Notes under the pieces: model-generated
Told to the model about the DNA's origin: nothing
What the model saw: only the letters and a program-made list of their open reading frames with translations
The model's database searches: none
Made by a program: the position numbers and the translations under genes
Shown here: positions 1-9,341 of the stretch, piece by piece
How the letters are laid out: every line of letters starts with the position of its first letter
Numbering within the stretch: the first letter of the stretch is position 1
Source of the DNA: a virus
IMG/VR virus record: IMGVR_UViG_3300020810_001175
Location: 20,280-84,279 of that record
Length of the DNA: 64,000 bases
Direction: 5' to 3' (one strand)

Positions 1-785
1 CTCAAATTGCTCCGGGTGGATCTGTTAACTGGAACGGTGGTGCTTCAATCACAACTCAAACATCAGATACTCAAGCACTGATGACATCAACTTCTAATAA
101 CTGGTTCAATGTTGGAGGAAACAGAAATTACACTTACTTCTTAGAAGCAGATTGGGAAGGCAAAGGACACGTGGTAGGTATGTCAGTTACTTCAGGTCAA
201 TTCCCAGCAAACACAGTGGTCACACAGATTCAAGATAACGGATCTTACTACTTTGTAAGATTCTCAAATAGACACACAGGAATATCGGCAGGACAAGCAG
301 TTACTTTTTCTTATGGTGGTGATCTAACAGGAACAAACTACTTGTTCTTTGATCCTGCATCATGGGAAGCCGCAGGTGCTACAAGTGGTACAGAAGTAGA
401 CACTTCAGTTTCTACAGAATTTCCACCAGGCACAACTGTACAACAGGTGTATGCTAAAACTGTGTTTGGTTCAACAGAATATTACAGAGTTGAATTTAAC
501 CAAACGTTTAGTGGAACAATTTCGGCGGCAAGTTCGATTACATTCAAATTTGGTAATCCACCATATGCACAACCAGGTGAAACAATATTCTCATTCATTG
601 CCCAACCAGGTGAAAGAGCAACATTGGCTCTAGACAAAATCAAAGTGTTAACAAACACTACACTGGGCGGTAGAGGTACATTCCCGAACGGTCCGGACGT
701 ATTAGCAATCAACGTATTCAGAACTGCTGGTACAGGAGATGTTTCAGGTACGGTAACACTTCGTTGGTCAGAAGCACAAGCGTAA
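1..785 (+). CDS. C-terminal part of a large virion structural (tail/baseplate-type) protein, 5' truncated by the window
   Basis: Frame is open from position 3. G/T/S-rich beta-type sequence with an internal repeat (FPANTVVTQI...YYFVRFS / FPPGTTVQQV...YYRVEFN), ending GPDVLAI...LRWSEAQA. Confidence 0.6.
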   Translation, partial: QIAPGGSVNWNGGASITTQTSDTQALMTSTSNNWFNVGGNRNYTYFLEADWEGKGHVVGMSVTSGQFPANTVVTQIQDNGSYYFVRFSNRHTGISAGQAVTFSYGGDLTGTNYLFFDPASWEAAGATSGTEVDTSVSTEFPPGTTVQQVYAKTVFGSTEYYRVEFNQTFSGTISAASSITFKFGNPPYAQPGETIFSFIAQPGERATLALDKIKVLTNTTLGGRGTFPNGPDVLAINVFRTAGTGDVSGTVTLRWSEAQA

Positions 786-789
786 AAAA

Positions 790-1170
790 CTATTCGTTAT
801 TTTGTATTTTTTGAGAATCACCAGGAATGATTCTGTAATTATCTTCAGGATCGTCAGCAGTGCTAACTTCAGTTATACTGCCTCTTTCACTTAACAATTG
901 AACTTGATGTGGCATCAAAGGAAGGTTCCTCCAAGTTTCACCTTCTTTTAATTCTTTTGTGAACAGTGTTGCTGTTTTTGTATCTATGTAACTGAGTAAA
1001 AATTTACCTTCGTTTACAAACCAAGTCTCGTCTTTGGTTTTATGAAAATGCATTGAAAATTTTGCACCTCTTTTTTCAAATACCATGATTTTACCACAGT
1101 ACTTGTCGTTGGACGCCCATATTAATTCGTAACCCCAACCTTTTTTAACTTGTCCTTCTTTATTAATCAT
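790..1170 (-). CDS. Cupin-domain protein (sugar-phosphate isomerase-like)
   Basis: KGWGYELIW...FSMHFHKTKDETWFV...PHQ cupin motifs; downstream of hldD. Confidence 0.7.
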   Translation of the reverse strand: MINKEGQVKKGWGYELIWASNDKYCGKIMVFEKRGAKFSMHFHKTKDETWFVNEGKFLLSYIDTKTATLFTKELKEGETWRNLPLMPHQVQLLSERGSITEVSTADDPEDNYRIIPGDSQKIQNNE

Positions 1171-1978
1171 TTAGATATTGCTCAACTGTTTTAAATTGTA
1201 TTGTAACATTTTTATTTAATTGTGTCAAATCTGCACAGGTGTAAGACTGATATTGCCCTTTGAGTTCTGCTGGCATTGGTATGGTTTCTATTTTGGCCCC
1301 ATATTTTTTGGCAACAGAATCGGCCACAGATTGAAAGGATGTTGGCACCCCTGTTCCCACATTGAATATTCCACTAACATCTTGTTGTAGCATTTGACTA
1401 TGTACTGTGCATACATCGTCTACACAAACAAAATCTCTTTTGTATTGATCACTATTTTCAAAAACTTTAATCACTCCTGTTTCTTTGGCTTGTTGAGTAA
1501 ATTTTGTTACGGGAGATGCTTGATTACCTTTGTGTTCTTCGTGAGCACCGTACACATTAAAATATCTAAAACCCTGTACCAATACTTTAAAATCTCCCAT
1601 TGCCTGCATAACAAATCTATCAAATAGATATTTGCTCCAAGCATACGGTGATTGTGGATATAATGGTCCAGATTCTTTAAAATGAGTTGTGTTGCCATAC
1701 ACACTGGCTGAACTGGCATATTGAAAATTAGTGCCCATAGTATCACACATTTGTAATAGTTTTAGACTGTATTCATAATTTTGATCCATGATCAATTCAA
1801 CATCTCTTTCTGTGGTTGAACTGATTGCTCCTAAATGAATAACCCAATCATATTGACTAGGATCAGGAAATCGATTAGGAACATATTCAAAACATTCTAC
1901 TTCATGTTGTTGATCCATTAAATGATTAACTAAATTTTGTCCAATAAATCCTGCTGAACCTGTTACACAAATTTTCAT
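1163..1978 (-). CDS. hldD: ADP-L-glycero-D-manno-heptose 6-epimerase
   Basis: TGSAGFIG Rossmann motif, HLGAISSTTE, YASSASVYG, YAWSK (YxxxK), FRYFNVYG, EEHKG, RDFV, YQSYTCAD. Confidence 0.9.
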   Translation of the reverse strand: MKICVTGSAGFIGQNLVNHLMDQQHEVECFEYVPNRFPDPSQYDWVIHLGAISSTTERDVELIMDQNYEYSLKLLQMCDTMGTNFQYASSASVYGNTTHFKESGPLYPQSPYAWSKYLFDRFVMQAMGDFKVLVQGFRYFNVYGAHEEHKGNQASPVTKFTQQAKETGVIKVFENSDQYKRDFVCVDDVCTVHSQMLQQDVSGIFNVGTGVPTSFQSVADSVAKKYGAKIETIPMPAELKGQYQSYTCADLTQLNKNVTIQFKTVEQYLND

Positions 1979-2571
1979 ATCCAAGTTTCCACTATTTTTT
2001 TAAATTCTTCAGGCCAGATATCTTTAACTAACTTATTTGTATTGTCAGTCATAAAATTAATATTGATATTGATTCTTGATCTTTTATCTGTGCAAGTTGA
2101 TCCACTGTGTTTTTTATTGCTAGGAAATATAATCATAGAATTTGCTACACTATCTATTTTAGTTCCGTCTTCAAATTCTGTATATCCATTGTTTGTGTTA
2201 ACGTAATATATTGCTGTCCAACTTAAAGGCACTGTGGTATCTGTGTGAAATCCGTGCGATACTTGGCTGTCATTTCCTGGTATATTGTTTGCTTTTACTC
2301 TAATAAAACTGTAAGGTTGAAGTATCTCAAAAATAGGGAACAACATCTGCCAATTTTCATGTGAAGTTATCACCGTGGAATTCTGATGGAACCAATGCAC
2401 AAATTGTACTTGATATTTTGTATCAGTCATCATGTCTTTTGTGTCCACAACGTGGTCATTGTAAAACCAAGGAAATCTATCAGAAGTTAATTGTTGTTGT
2501 AAAATATCAAATGCTTTTTGATTCAAAACATTTGTACAAATCAATTTACTTTTTTCTATTTTAGTTTCCAT
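1975..2571 (-). CDS. 2OG-Fe(II) oxygenase (prolyl-hydroxylase-like)
   Basis: HTD...TAIYYVNTNNGYTEF...H.G...R.NININF pattern. Confidence 0.75.
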   Translation of the reverse strand: METKIEKSKLICTNVLNQKAFDILQQQLTSDRFPWFYNDHVVDTKDMMTDTKYQVQFVHWFHQNSTVITSHENWQMLFPIFEILQPYSFIRVKANNIPGNDSQVSHGFHTDTTVPLSWTAIYYVNTNNGYTEFEDGTKIDSVANSMIIFPSNKKHSGSTCTDKRSRINININFMTDNTNKLVKDIWPEEFKKIVETWI

Positions 2572-3811
2572 TTTTAAATTTTTCTAATATATTTGTAGTT
2601 GAAAAACCTTGTACAGTTGGAAATATTACAACTTCAGCCATATCATTACCCACTGTGGTTTCTATCGTGTAATCTCCACCTTTAACTATCACATTAGGTT
2701 GATGTATTTTAATTGCTTCTAAAGGAGTATCTTCATCGAACACAACCACTTTGTCTACCCATGGTAATTGTAGCAACTGTTGTTCTCTGATTAATGTGTT
2801 GTTTAAAGGTCTATCGTTTCCTTTTAATCTTTTTACACTGGCATCTGAATTAATACCCACAATCAATTTGTCTCCTTGCAGTTTGGCAAATTTTAAAAGT
2901 TCTAAATGTCCTTTGTGTAGTATATCAAACACACCGTTGGTCCAAACAATTCTATCTTCGATATCAGTTTTTTTAACCACAGTAACTCCTCTGTGTTGTA
3001 CGACTCTACTTGCACCTTTCAATGCTTTTTCACAAGCATCTATCATTGAACTGCCTTGTTCATGATAATAAACAATGATTGCTAATACTGTGTCACCAGC
3101 ACCACTGACATCTGCCAACTCAACAGCATCTCCTGTGATGTGTTTGTATATGTTCTCTCCCACAACATGAATACCATTAGCACCATCGGTAACAATTAAC
3201 CATTGCCAATTGTGATGTATTCTTTTTATGTCTGCTGTGTGTGGATCAAATTTACCAAACCAATTTTCGTATTCTTTCATGTTGGGTTTAATCAAATATG
3301 AGCCGTAATAAATGTTGGGATCTTGCTTGGGATCTACATAAATTCTTTTGACTTTGTCTTGAATACGTCTCACTAGATGTTCTTTAACAACACCTTTGTT
3401 GTAATCACTAATAATAACAATGTCATTGTTTTGTAAATTTTTAAGTAAAGTTTCTTGTGGTGTATCGCGTGTGTATTCTTCCTCTTTGTCCAGTCTTAAC
3501 AGGTGCTGTCCATCAGGTCCTATCATACGTGTTTTGGTAGTGGTTGCAGAACCATCCTGACATAGGTAGGTTTTAATGCTGTTTTCTAGTAAAATTTCCT
3601 GTATTTTATGTCCTGGGGCATCGTTGCCCACCGATCCATACAGATGCGTGTCTGCGCCAAGATTTGACAGGTTTAAAGCGAGGTTTCCAGCGCCTCCTAC
3701 GTTGTGATTACGTGTGTATTCTTTTAATACTAGTGCAGATGCTTCAGGAGACACTTTGGTACAATCTCCTTGCACCCATATGTCCAACATAACATCGCCA
3801 ATTATTTTCAT
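2561..3811 (-). CDS. hldE: Bifunctional D-beta-D-heptose 7-phosphate kinase / heptose 1-phosphate adenylyltransferase
   Basis: GDVMLD..SPEA, GGAGN, SDYNKG, VDPK, DVSGAGDT (PfkB kinase), then TNGVFDILHKGH, NSDASVKRLKG..RP, KGGDY, GFSTT (cytidylyltransferase-like). Confidence 0.93.
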   Translation of the reverse strand: MKIIGDVMLDIWVQGDCTKVSPEASALVLKEYTRNHNVGGAGNLALNLSNLGADTHLYGSVGNDAPGHKIQEILLENSIKTYLCQDGSATTTKTRMIGPDGQHLLRLDKEEEYTRDTPQETLLKNLQNNDIVIISDYNKGVVKEHLVRRIQDKVKRIYVDPKQDPNIYYGSYLIKPNMKEYENWFGKFDPHTADIKRIHHNWQWLIVTDGANGIHVVGENIYKHITGDAVELADVSGAGDTVLAIIVYYHEQGSSMIDACEKALKGASRVVQHRGVTVVKKTDIEDRIVWTNGVFDILHKGHLELLKFAKLQGDKLIVGINSDASVKRLKGNDRPLNNTLIREQQLLQLPWVDKVVVFDEDTPLEAIKIHQPNVIVKGGDYTIETTVGNDMAEVVIFPTVQGFSTTNILEKFKNGN

Positions 3812-4242
3812 TTGATCAATCTTAACATTTTAAACACAGTGTCTAATTTAATCTGATTAGTCTTATTTTGAAAAGTTTTGCGTAAACCTTGATGTAACGG
3901 TTTGGGCCAATTGCCAAAACTTACCCAAGCATATCCATCGTGTTCTGTGTTTAAATGTGGAATAAATTCTTTTTCAACCACACAAAGATATGTGTGATAC
4001 AGAAAGTTTTCATCATTACTAATGAACGTTTCCATAGGTATGGTTTTTCTGATTGGTTGTTCTCCAATTTCTTCTTTGATTTCTCTTTGAAGTCCTTCCC
4101 ACAAATTTTGATCTGTGGTAGTGGTTCCGCCAACTAATCCCCAAACATTGTTCTGTTTGCTTTGGGCTCTGTGTAATAATAAAAAACGTTTTGTGTCTAG
4201 TGTATAGAAGAGTGCCCCGCACCCTACAATTTTATTGCTCAT
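3808..4242 (-). CDS. Nudix hydrolase
   Basis: WGLVGG...GLQREIKEEIG Nudix box, LNTEHDGYAW. Start placed at the MSNKIV ATG. Confidence 0.85.
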   Translation of the reverse strand: MSNKIVGCGALFYTLDTKRFLLLHRAQSKQNNVWGLVGGTTTTDQNLWEGLQREIKEEIGEQPIRKTIPMETFISNDENFLYHTYLCVVEKEFIPHLNTEHDGYAWVSFGNWPKPLHQGLRKTFQNKTNQIKLDTVFKMLRLIK

Positions 4243-4258
4243 GTAATTAATTATGTGA

Positions 4259-5686
4259 CTATTGAATCTTCCAGGTGCCTTTTCGATACTCGCCTTCGAA
4301 TGATAATAACCATTCTGTACCATTCCATTTGTACTGCACACCGGTATTTAAATTGGTAATATATTTGATACTGAAATTACTTGCTGTTGCTGGATTGGCA
4401 CTGGCATCAAAAATAACCTGCCAATTTGTTCCATTCCATTCAATAATATCATTTTCGCCTGCCACTAAATCGATATTGCTGTCGCCTTTCCAAGCATCTG
4501 CTCCGTCGACGTTATCAGCACTTCCAATGCCTTTCAATAATAATAATCTTTTACCAGTTTGCTTAACACTTGATGGATCAAACTTTGTAGGATCCACTAT
4601 AAAATCAACTGATCCACTTGTTGTACCTGGGCCTACAATCACCGTGTCTGTGGGTAATGTATCTTCATCCCAGTCTATTAATAGTTGATAAGGATTGCTT
4701 TCGTTGATAGCAACTGTGCCCACTACTTGAGCATCTATACCTTCTCTGTTGAGATAAATTTTACTCAATCCATTTTTATAATTAGGTATTGTGTCGACAT
4801 TGCCATTCCATACTAAACCACCTATTACACCTTTGGTTACTATTTGTGCCACACTGCCTAACACATAGATGTCATAATTAATTCCTGTTGTGCCTAATAC
4901 AGCATCAGTGTCTTTTCTAACAGCATTACCTTTGTCATCTAATTTAATACTGTTTTCATAACCGTCTTGATATGCTTTTAATTCTGGCATTGTTTGACTT
5001 AGATCAATATTGCCAGATTGTTCATTGAATATACTTGTGATTATATGAGTAATAACTCCAAGTTTCTTAACCTTTGTAGGAGGTGAAATATATATTGGAG
5101 TTGTAAATCCTAATGTAGCAACATCAACTTCTGTTTCAGTACCTAGTGGAATAGTTCTAGAAGAAAAATTAATATTTGCTAATTCGACCACACTTAAACT
5201 CGTCCAATCCACATAGTTGTCTGTGGTTTGTATTTCTAATGATGGATTAAACAACATCATTATTTGTTCCATTATTTGTAATTTTTGTTCAGTATTTGAT
5301 GTCCAAATATCCACATTTAATGTCAGTGTGTATGGTGTAGGCATTAAACGTTCCACAGTAACATTTTTGCCTTGTGTATTTAGATATTCATTATTGTTAC
5401 TGTCGTATGCTCTTTCTCTGATATGAATTTTACTTACAAAACTAGCATCAGACAAACGAGTTCTATCCATTTCTAAATTCGTAACATATACTCCCATTCT
5501 TGGTACTGAAGGCAGTTTGTTTTCTGAATTGTCTCTTATGATGTGTCCAACCTGTCTAGAAATATCACCATACATAACAGGTATTGTTTTTAAATTACCA
5601 CTACCATCTTTGTATGAAAAATTACTCATCAGTCTAATAATTTGAGTAATATATCTTCTAATCTGTCCGTCGTAGAAAAACTGCAT
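4259..5686 (-). CDS. gp15: Tail sheath stabiliser/terminator (T4 gp15-like) with C-terminal extension
   Basis: MQFFYDGQIRRY...PTPYTL...QKLQIMEQI..LFNPSLEIQ; position next to the neck genes. Confidence 0.75.
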   Translation of the reverse strand: MQFFYDGQIRRYITQIIRLMSNFSYKDGSGNLKTIPVMYGDISRQVGHIIRDNSENKLPSVPRMGVYVTNLEMDRTRLSDASFVSKIHIRERAYDSNNNEYLNTQGKNVTVERLMPTPYTLTLNVDIWTSNTEQKLQIMEQIMMLFNPSLEIQTTDNYVDWTSLSVVELANINFSSRTIPLGTETEVDVATLGFTTPIYISPPTKVKKLGVITHIITSIFNEQSGNIDLSQTMPELKAYQDGYENSIKLDDKGNAVRKDTDAVLGTTGINYDIYVLGSVAQIVTKGVIGGLVWNGNVDTIPNYKNGLSKIYLNREGIDAQVVGTVAINESNPYQLLIDWDEDTLPTDTVIVGPGTTSGSVDFIVDPTKFDPSSVKQTGKRLLLLKGIGSADNVDGADAWKGDSNIDLVAGENDIIEWNGTNWQVIFDASANPATASNFSIKYITNLNTGVQYKWNGTEWLLSFEGEYRKGTWKIQ

Positions 5687-6843
5687 TAATTATCCGCCTT
5701 TGGTCTGAGTGCTTTGGATAAACTCTGTCTTTCTGTAACAGTTTCTCCAGCAATGGTTGATGTTTTAGTATTGTTTACAAATGTGCCTTTTAAATTACTT
5801 CTTGTGTCAGTGTTAGATAATGTCATACGCACATTATCTTCCATTTTAACCCAACGACCACCATCGTATCTAAATAATCTGTTTGGTAAAAAATCTGTTC
5901 TTAAAAAATAACTGCCTTTATCGGACTGTGCTGGAAATGATATGCCAAATCCAAACTGTTCACCATTAGGTGGAACACCATCTCCCAATAGATATCCATC
6001 ATAGCCTTCTTTAGTAGGAGTTTGATTTACTCTATCTGTAAGTGTGTTAGCAGTTGAAGTATCTAATGTTGAAATATCTGTGGTTACTAATTCAGGTTTA
6101 CCTTTATCATCAACTTGTAATGTATAGAAATGAGCAATGTCATATCCTGATTTAGGAGCATCTGCTTGTGCCTGAGCCACCACAGCATTATTAATTTGCA
6201 TTTCTGCTTCATATGTAGACAGTACATCTCTTAATGTCTGTCCATTACCTGCTCCTGCATCTTTATCTAATATTTCTTTAAATTCTTGTGAATCGTATAT
6301 TTGTTTTAGTTTTACTCTATATAAATGAGGATACCAAGTTTGTGAAAAACCTTCTGCCGCTCTGTTAACATCTTCTACAACATAAAATCTTTTCAATGCT
6401 ACATTGAAATCATTCAATGCATATTCATCTTTTAAATGTGGTAATTCAAAAACATCACCTGGCATCACTTTTCTGCCAAGAGTTTTCACACTGGTTGTGA
6501 TTGGTATAGTCATGAATAATGTATCATTCTGTAAAAATAATCCAAACTGACTCATATCGAAGTCAATATCTTGAACGTTATAGATGCCTCTTATACTATA
6601 AACATCTTGATCGTATTTTCTATCTCTATTCTCCAGGAATAACATATCTTGTATGTTAGTTTCTTTGACAGCATCATATCTAGGCTGTGCCGCAGTGGCA
6701 TCTGCTTCGTCTGGATTTTTAGGTCCTAGGTATTTGTGAACAAATACGTCGGTACCGCCCACAGTGAACATTTCGACCACTGTTTTGTCTAAAAATGTGT
6801 AATCGTTCCCTTTTTCTGGTTTATAAAGACTTAATCTTGGCAT
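5686..6843 (-). CDS. gp14: Neck protein (T4 gp14-like)
   Basis: IQDMLFLENRDRKY, DMSQFGLFL, GDVFELPH; divergent from gp13. Start inferred at MPRLSLY behind a TAAATA promoter. Confidence 0.7.
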   Translation of the reverse strand: MPRLSLYKPEKGNDYTFLDKTVVEMFTVGGTDVFVHKYLGPKNPDEADATAAQPRYDAVKETNIQDMLFLENRDRKYDQDVYSIRGIYNVQDIDFDMSQFGLFLQNDTLFMTIPITTSVKTLGRKVMPGDVFELPHLKDEYALNDFNVALKRFYVVEDVNRAAEGFSQTWYPHLYRVKLKQIYDSQEFKEILDKDAGAGNGQTLRDVLSTYEAEMQINNAVVAQAQADAPKSGYDIAHFYTLQVDDKGKPELVTTDISTLDTSTANTLTDRVNQTPTKEGYDGYLLGDGVPPNGEQFGFGISFPAQSDKGSYFLRTDFLPNRLFRYDGGRWVKMEDNVRMTLSNTDTRSNLKGTFVNNTKTSTIAGETVTERQSLSKALRPKADN

Positions 6844-6850
6844 AGACATA

Positions 6851-6870
6851 TATTTATCGGACGATAAATA
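6851..6870. promoter_or_regulatory. Back-to-back T4-type late promoters (GATAAATA on each strand)
   Basis: TATTTATC-GGAC-GATAAATA between the divergent gp14 and gp13 genes. Confidence 0.75.
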
Positions 6871-6887
6871 TGTATAAGGAAAACTGT

Positions 6888-7646
6888 ATGAGCGATTTGA
6901 CCACACAAAAGCAAGAGATATTTGATTACGTATACACCAGCCTAGGCGGTGGTATGGTCGATGTAGAACTGGATCCAGCACACTACGAAACAGCATTGCA
7001 AGACGCTTTGGATAGATTTAGACAGAGATCAGACAATTCAGTAGAAGAAAGTTATATGTTTTTGCCACTGATATTGGATCAAAATGACTATATCTTGCCA
7101 AATGAAGTTATAGAAGTAAGACAAATTTTTAGAAGATCAATTGGATCACGTTCTGGAGGTGGTCAAGGTGGTACAGTTTTTGAACCGTTCAATCTTGCGT
7201 ACACAAACACTTATCTATTAGCCAGTTCAAATATGGGTGGAGTTGCAACGTATAATATGTTTGCTCAACATCAGGAATTAGTAGGACGTATGTTTGGATC
7301 CTTCATTGAATTCAAATGGAATCCAACCACTCACAAATTAACAATTCTTCAAAGACCAAGAGCAGGCGAAGAAGTACTGTTAGAGTGCTATAATTACAGA
7401 CCAGATTCAGAACTACTTAAAGATTATTTGGCAAAAAAATGGTTAAAAGATTACACTTTGGCAAAATCTAAATTTATGTTAGGCGAAGCCAGAAGCAAAT
7501 TTAATACCATAGCAGGTCCACAAGGTGGTACTTCACTAAACGGTGACGCTCTTAAACAAGAAGCTCAAGCAGAAATGGAACGTTTAGAATTGGAAGTGAA
7601 AACACAAACTAGTGGTGGTGTTGGATATTCCTTCACAATTGGTTAA
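6888..7646 (+). CDS. gp13: Neck protein (T4 gp13-like)
   Basis: LGGGMVDVELD, WLKDYTLA, LGEARSKF..IAGPQGG..LNG; SD AAGGA before ATG 6888. Confidence 0.8.
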   Translation: MSDLTTQKQEIFDYVYTSLGGGMVDVELDPAHYETALQDALDRFRQRSDNSVEESYMFLPLILDQNDYILPNEVIEVRQIFRRSIGSRSGGGQGGTVFEPFNLAYTNTYLLASSNMGGVATYNMFAQHQELVGRMFGSFIEFKWNPTTHKLTILQRPRAGEEVLLECYNYRPDSELLKDYLAKKWLKDYTLAKSKFMLGEARSKFNTIAGPQGGTSLNGDALKQEAQAEMERLELEVKTQTSGGVGYSFTIG

Positions 7647-7653
7647 TTCTTAG

Positions 7654-7682
7654 TTGACAATTCAATAAACATATAGTAATAT
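7654..7682 (+). promoter_or_regulatory. sigma70-type promoter, leaderless
   Basis: TTGACA-17-TAATAT, ATG 6 nt downstream. Confidence 0.6.
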
Positions 7683-7688
7683 TACTGT

Positions 7689-8324
7689 ATGACTCATCAA
7701 ACAATACCTTTATTTTCTGTGCCTTTGCACAAAACCAATATAGGTGTTATGGATCCGATTGAAAAAACTTGGGTAAAGAATTTACATTTTCCTCCACAGA
7801 GTGTCGGTTTATACAATGCTGACGAAGAACCAAAAAATGCAGGAATGAAAGTTTTGGACCAACCACAAATTAAAAAACTTAAACATAAAATTTTAGAATC
7901 AGTAAACCACTTCACAAGAGAAATTCTAGATATTGAGCAAACATTTGAATTAACTACCAGTTGGATAAACAAATATGGAAAAGAAGATAGAAATCATCAA
8001 CATTCTCATCCAAACGCAATGATCAGCGGAGTATACTATATTGAAAGCGATGAAACGTCTGCTCCTATTATTTTTAATAAACCTTATTTTCATACTAATC
8101 TTTTTCATTCCACTTTTCAACCAACCTTTAAAAATACTAACAACAATCAATACAATCTAGATTACTATGGATTTAATCCTACTTCAGGTGATTTGTTTAT
8201 TTTTCCTTCTTGGTTAGAACACACTGTTCCTCCACAAGAATCTAGTAAAATTAGATGGAGTCTAGCATTCAATTGTTTTGTTAGAGGAAAACTAGGTGTA
8301 GGCACTAAACAATTAGAATTATGA
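7689..8324 (+). CDS. Putative 2OG-Fe(II) oxygenase (TIGR02466-like)
   Basis: SWIN...HSHPNAMISGVYY...FPSWLEHTV...RWSLAFN. Confidence 0.8.
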   Translation: MTHQTIPLFSVPLHKTNIGVMDPIEKTWVKNLHFPPQSVGLYNADEEPKNAGMKVLDQPQIKKLKHKILESVNHFTREILDIEQTFELTTSWINKYGKEDRNHQHSHPNAMISGVYYIESDETSAPIIFNKPYFHTNLFHSTFQPTFKNTNNNQYNLDYYGFNPTSGDLFIFPSWLEHTVPPQESSKIRWSLAFNCFVRGKLGVGTKQLEL

Positions 8325-8947
8325 TTATAGGAATATGTGGCTTGATTGGATCAGGCAAAGATACCATTGCTGATTATCTTGTGAACGATCATAACTTTGT
8401 AAAGTTGTCGTTTGCTGACAAGTTAAAAGATTCTGTGGCAGAAATGTTTGATTGGGACAGAAACTTGTTGGATGGTAAAACAGACGAGAGCAGAGCCTGG
8501 AGAGAACAATTAGATCCTTTCTGGAGCAAAGAAATGGGTCGTGATATCACTCCTAGATTTGTGCTTCAAGTGTTTGGCACAGAGTGTATGCGTGATGGGT
8601 TTTATGATGGTGTATGGGTAAGTCTTGCCAAAAAGAAAATCATAGACAATCCTCAAATAAATTGGGTTATACCAGATGTACGTTTTGAAAATGAAGCAGA
8701 AATGATTAAAGATATTAAAGGTGAAGTTTGGTGGATAAAACGAGGACAACTTCCTATATGGTTTAGAATGTATCAAGACATAGGTCAAAAACCTAAAGAT
8801 GTACATCCATCAGAATGGGCATGGGCCAACACAAAATTTGATGCTGAATTGTCCAACAACAGTACTATTGCTCAACTTAAAAATCAGGTACAAGATCGCC
8901 TTGTTTCCAACGGATTCCTTCAAGGTGTAAAGATCTTTGGCAATTAG
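8321..8947 (+). CDS. Deoxynucleoside monophosphate kinase (T4 gp1-like)
   Basis: GLIGSGKDT P-loop, SFADKLK, TPRFVLQVFGTE, DVRFENE, HPSE. Confidence 0.88.
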   Translation: MIIGICGLIGSGKDTIADYLVNDHNFVKLSFADKLKDSVAEMFDWDRNLLDGKTDESRAWREQLDPFWSKEMGRDITPRFVLQVFGTECMRDGFYDGVWVSLAKKKIIDNPQINWVIPDVRFENEAEMIKDIKGEVWWIKRGQLPIWFRMYQDIGQKPKDVHPSEWAWANTKFDAELSNNSTIAQLKNQVQDRLVSNGFLQGVKIFGN

Positions 8948-9218
8948 CACACACTGTCTTTAAATTATTAAATTTACAATTATTAAGATCCCCGTCTATA
9001 TGAAACACGTTAAAGTGTGATTCGTAATCACTTTTGTGTCCGCATTTATCACATTTTTTATTAATTCTATATCCAGCAACGTGCCACTTGGGCATATATC
9101 CGCTAGGACCTCCATAACGCAAACACTGTTCACACTGTTTTCTATAATAGGTTTTATCACCTTTTTTATAGTTGACTGCTGACGGTCTTTGGTTACATTT
9201 GTTGCATAATGGTCTCAT
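8877..9218 (-). CDS. Zn-binding HNH-like protein
   Basis: Four CxxC pairs and HIDGDLNNCKFNNLKTVCANC; TAAATA promoter 7 nt upstream. Confidence 0.7.
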   Translation of the reverse strand: MRPLCNKCNQRPSAVNYKKGDKTYYRKQCEQCLRYGGPSGYMPKWHVAGYRINKKCDKCGHKSDYESHFNVFHIDGDLNNCKFNNLKTVCANCQRSLHLEGIRWKQGDLVPDF

Positions 9219-9341
9219 ATATGCTTATTTACCTGCCCTTTTCTGTCCCTTTTCTTCGACGTGTAATACAGTACGATTTGAGCATTTGTCATAAATACTA
9301 ACAATAATAAAGTTTTACCACTTTAATAGGAGATAAAGAAA

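Noticed and set aside
6844-6996. N-terminal extension of the 436-aa gp14 ORF
   Set aside because: Overlaps gp13 on the opposite strand; the promoter position supports the start near 6843.
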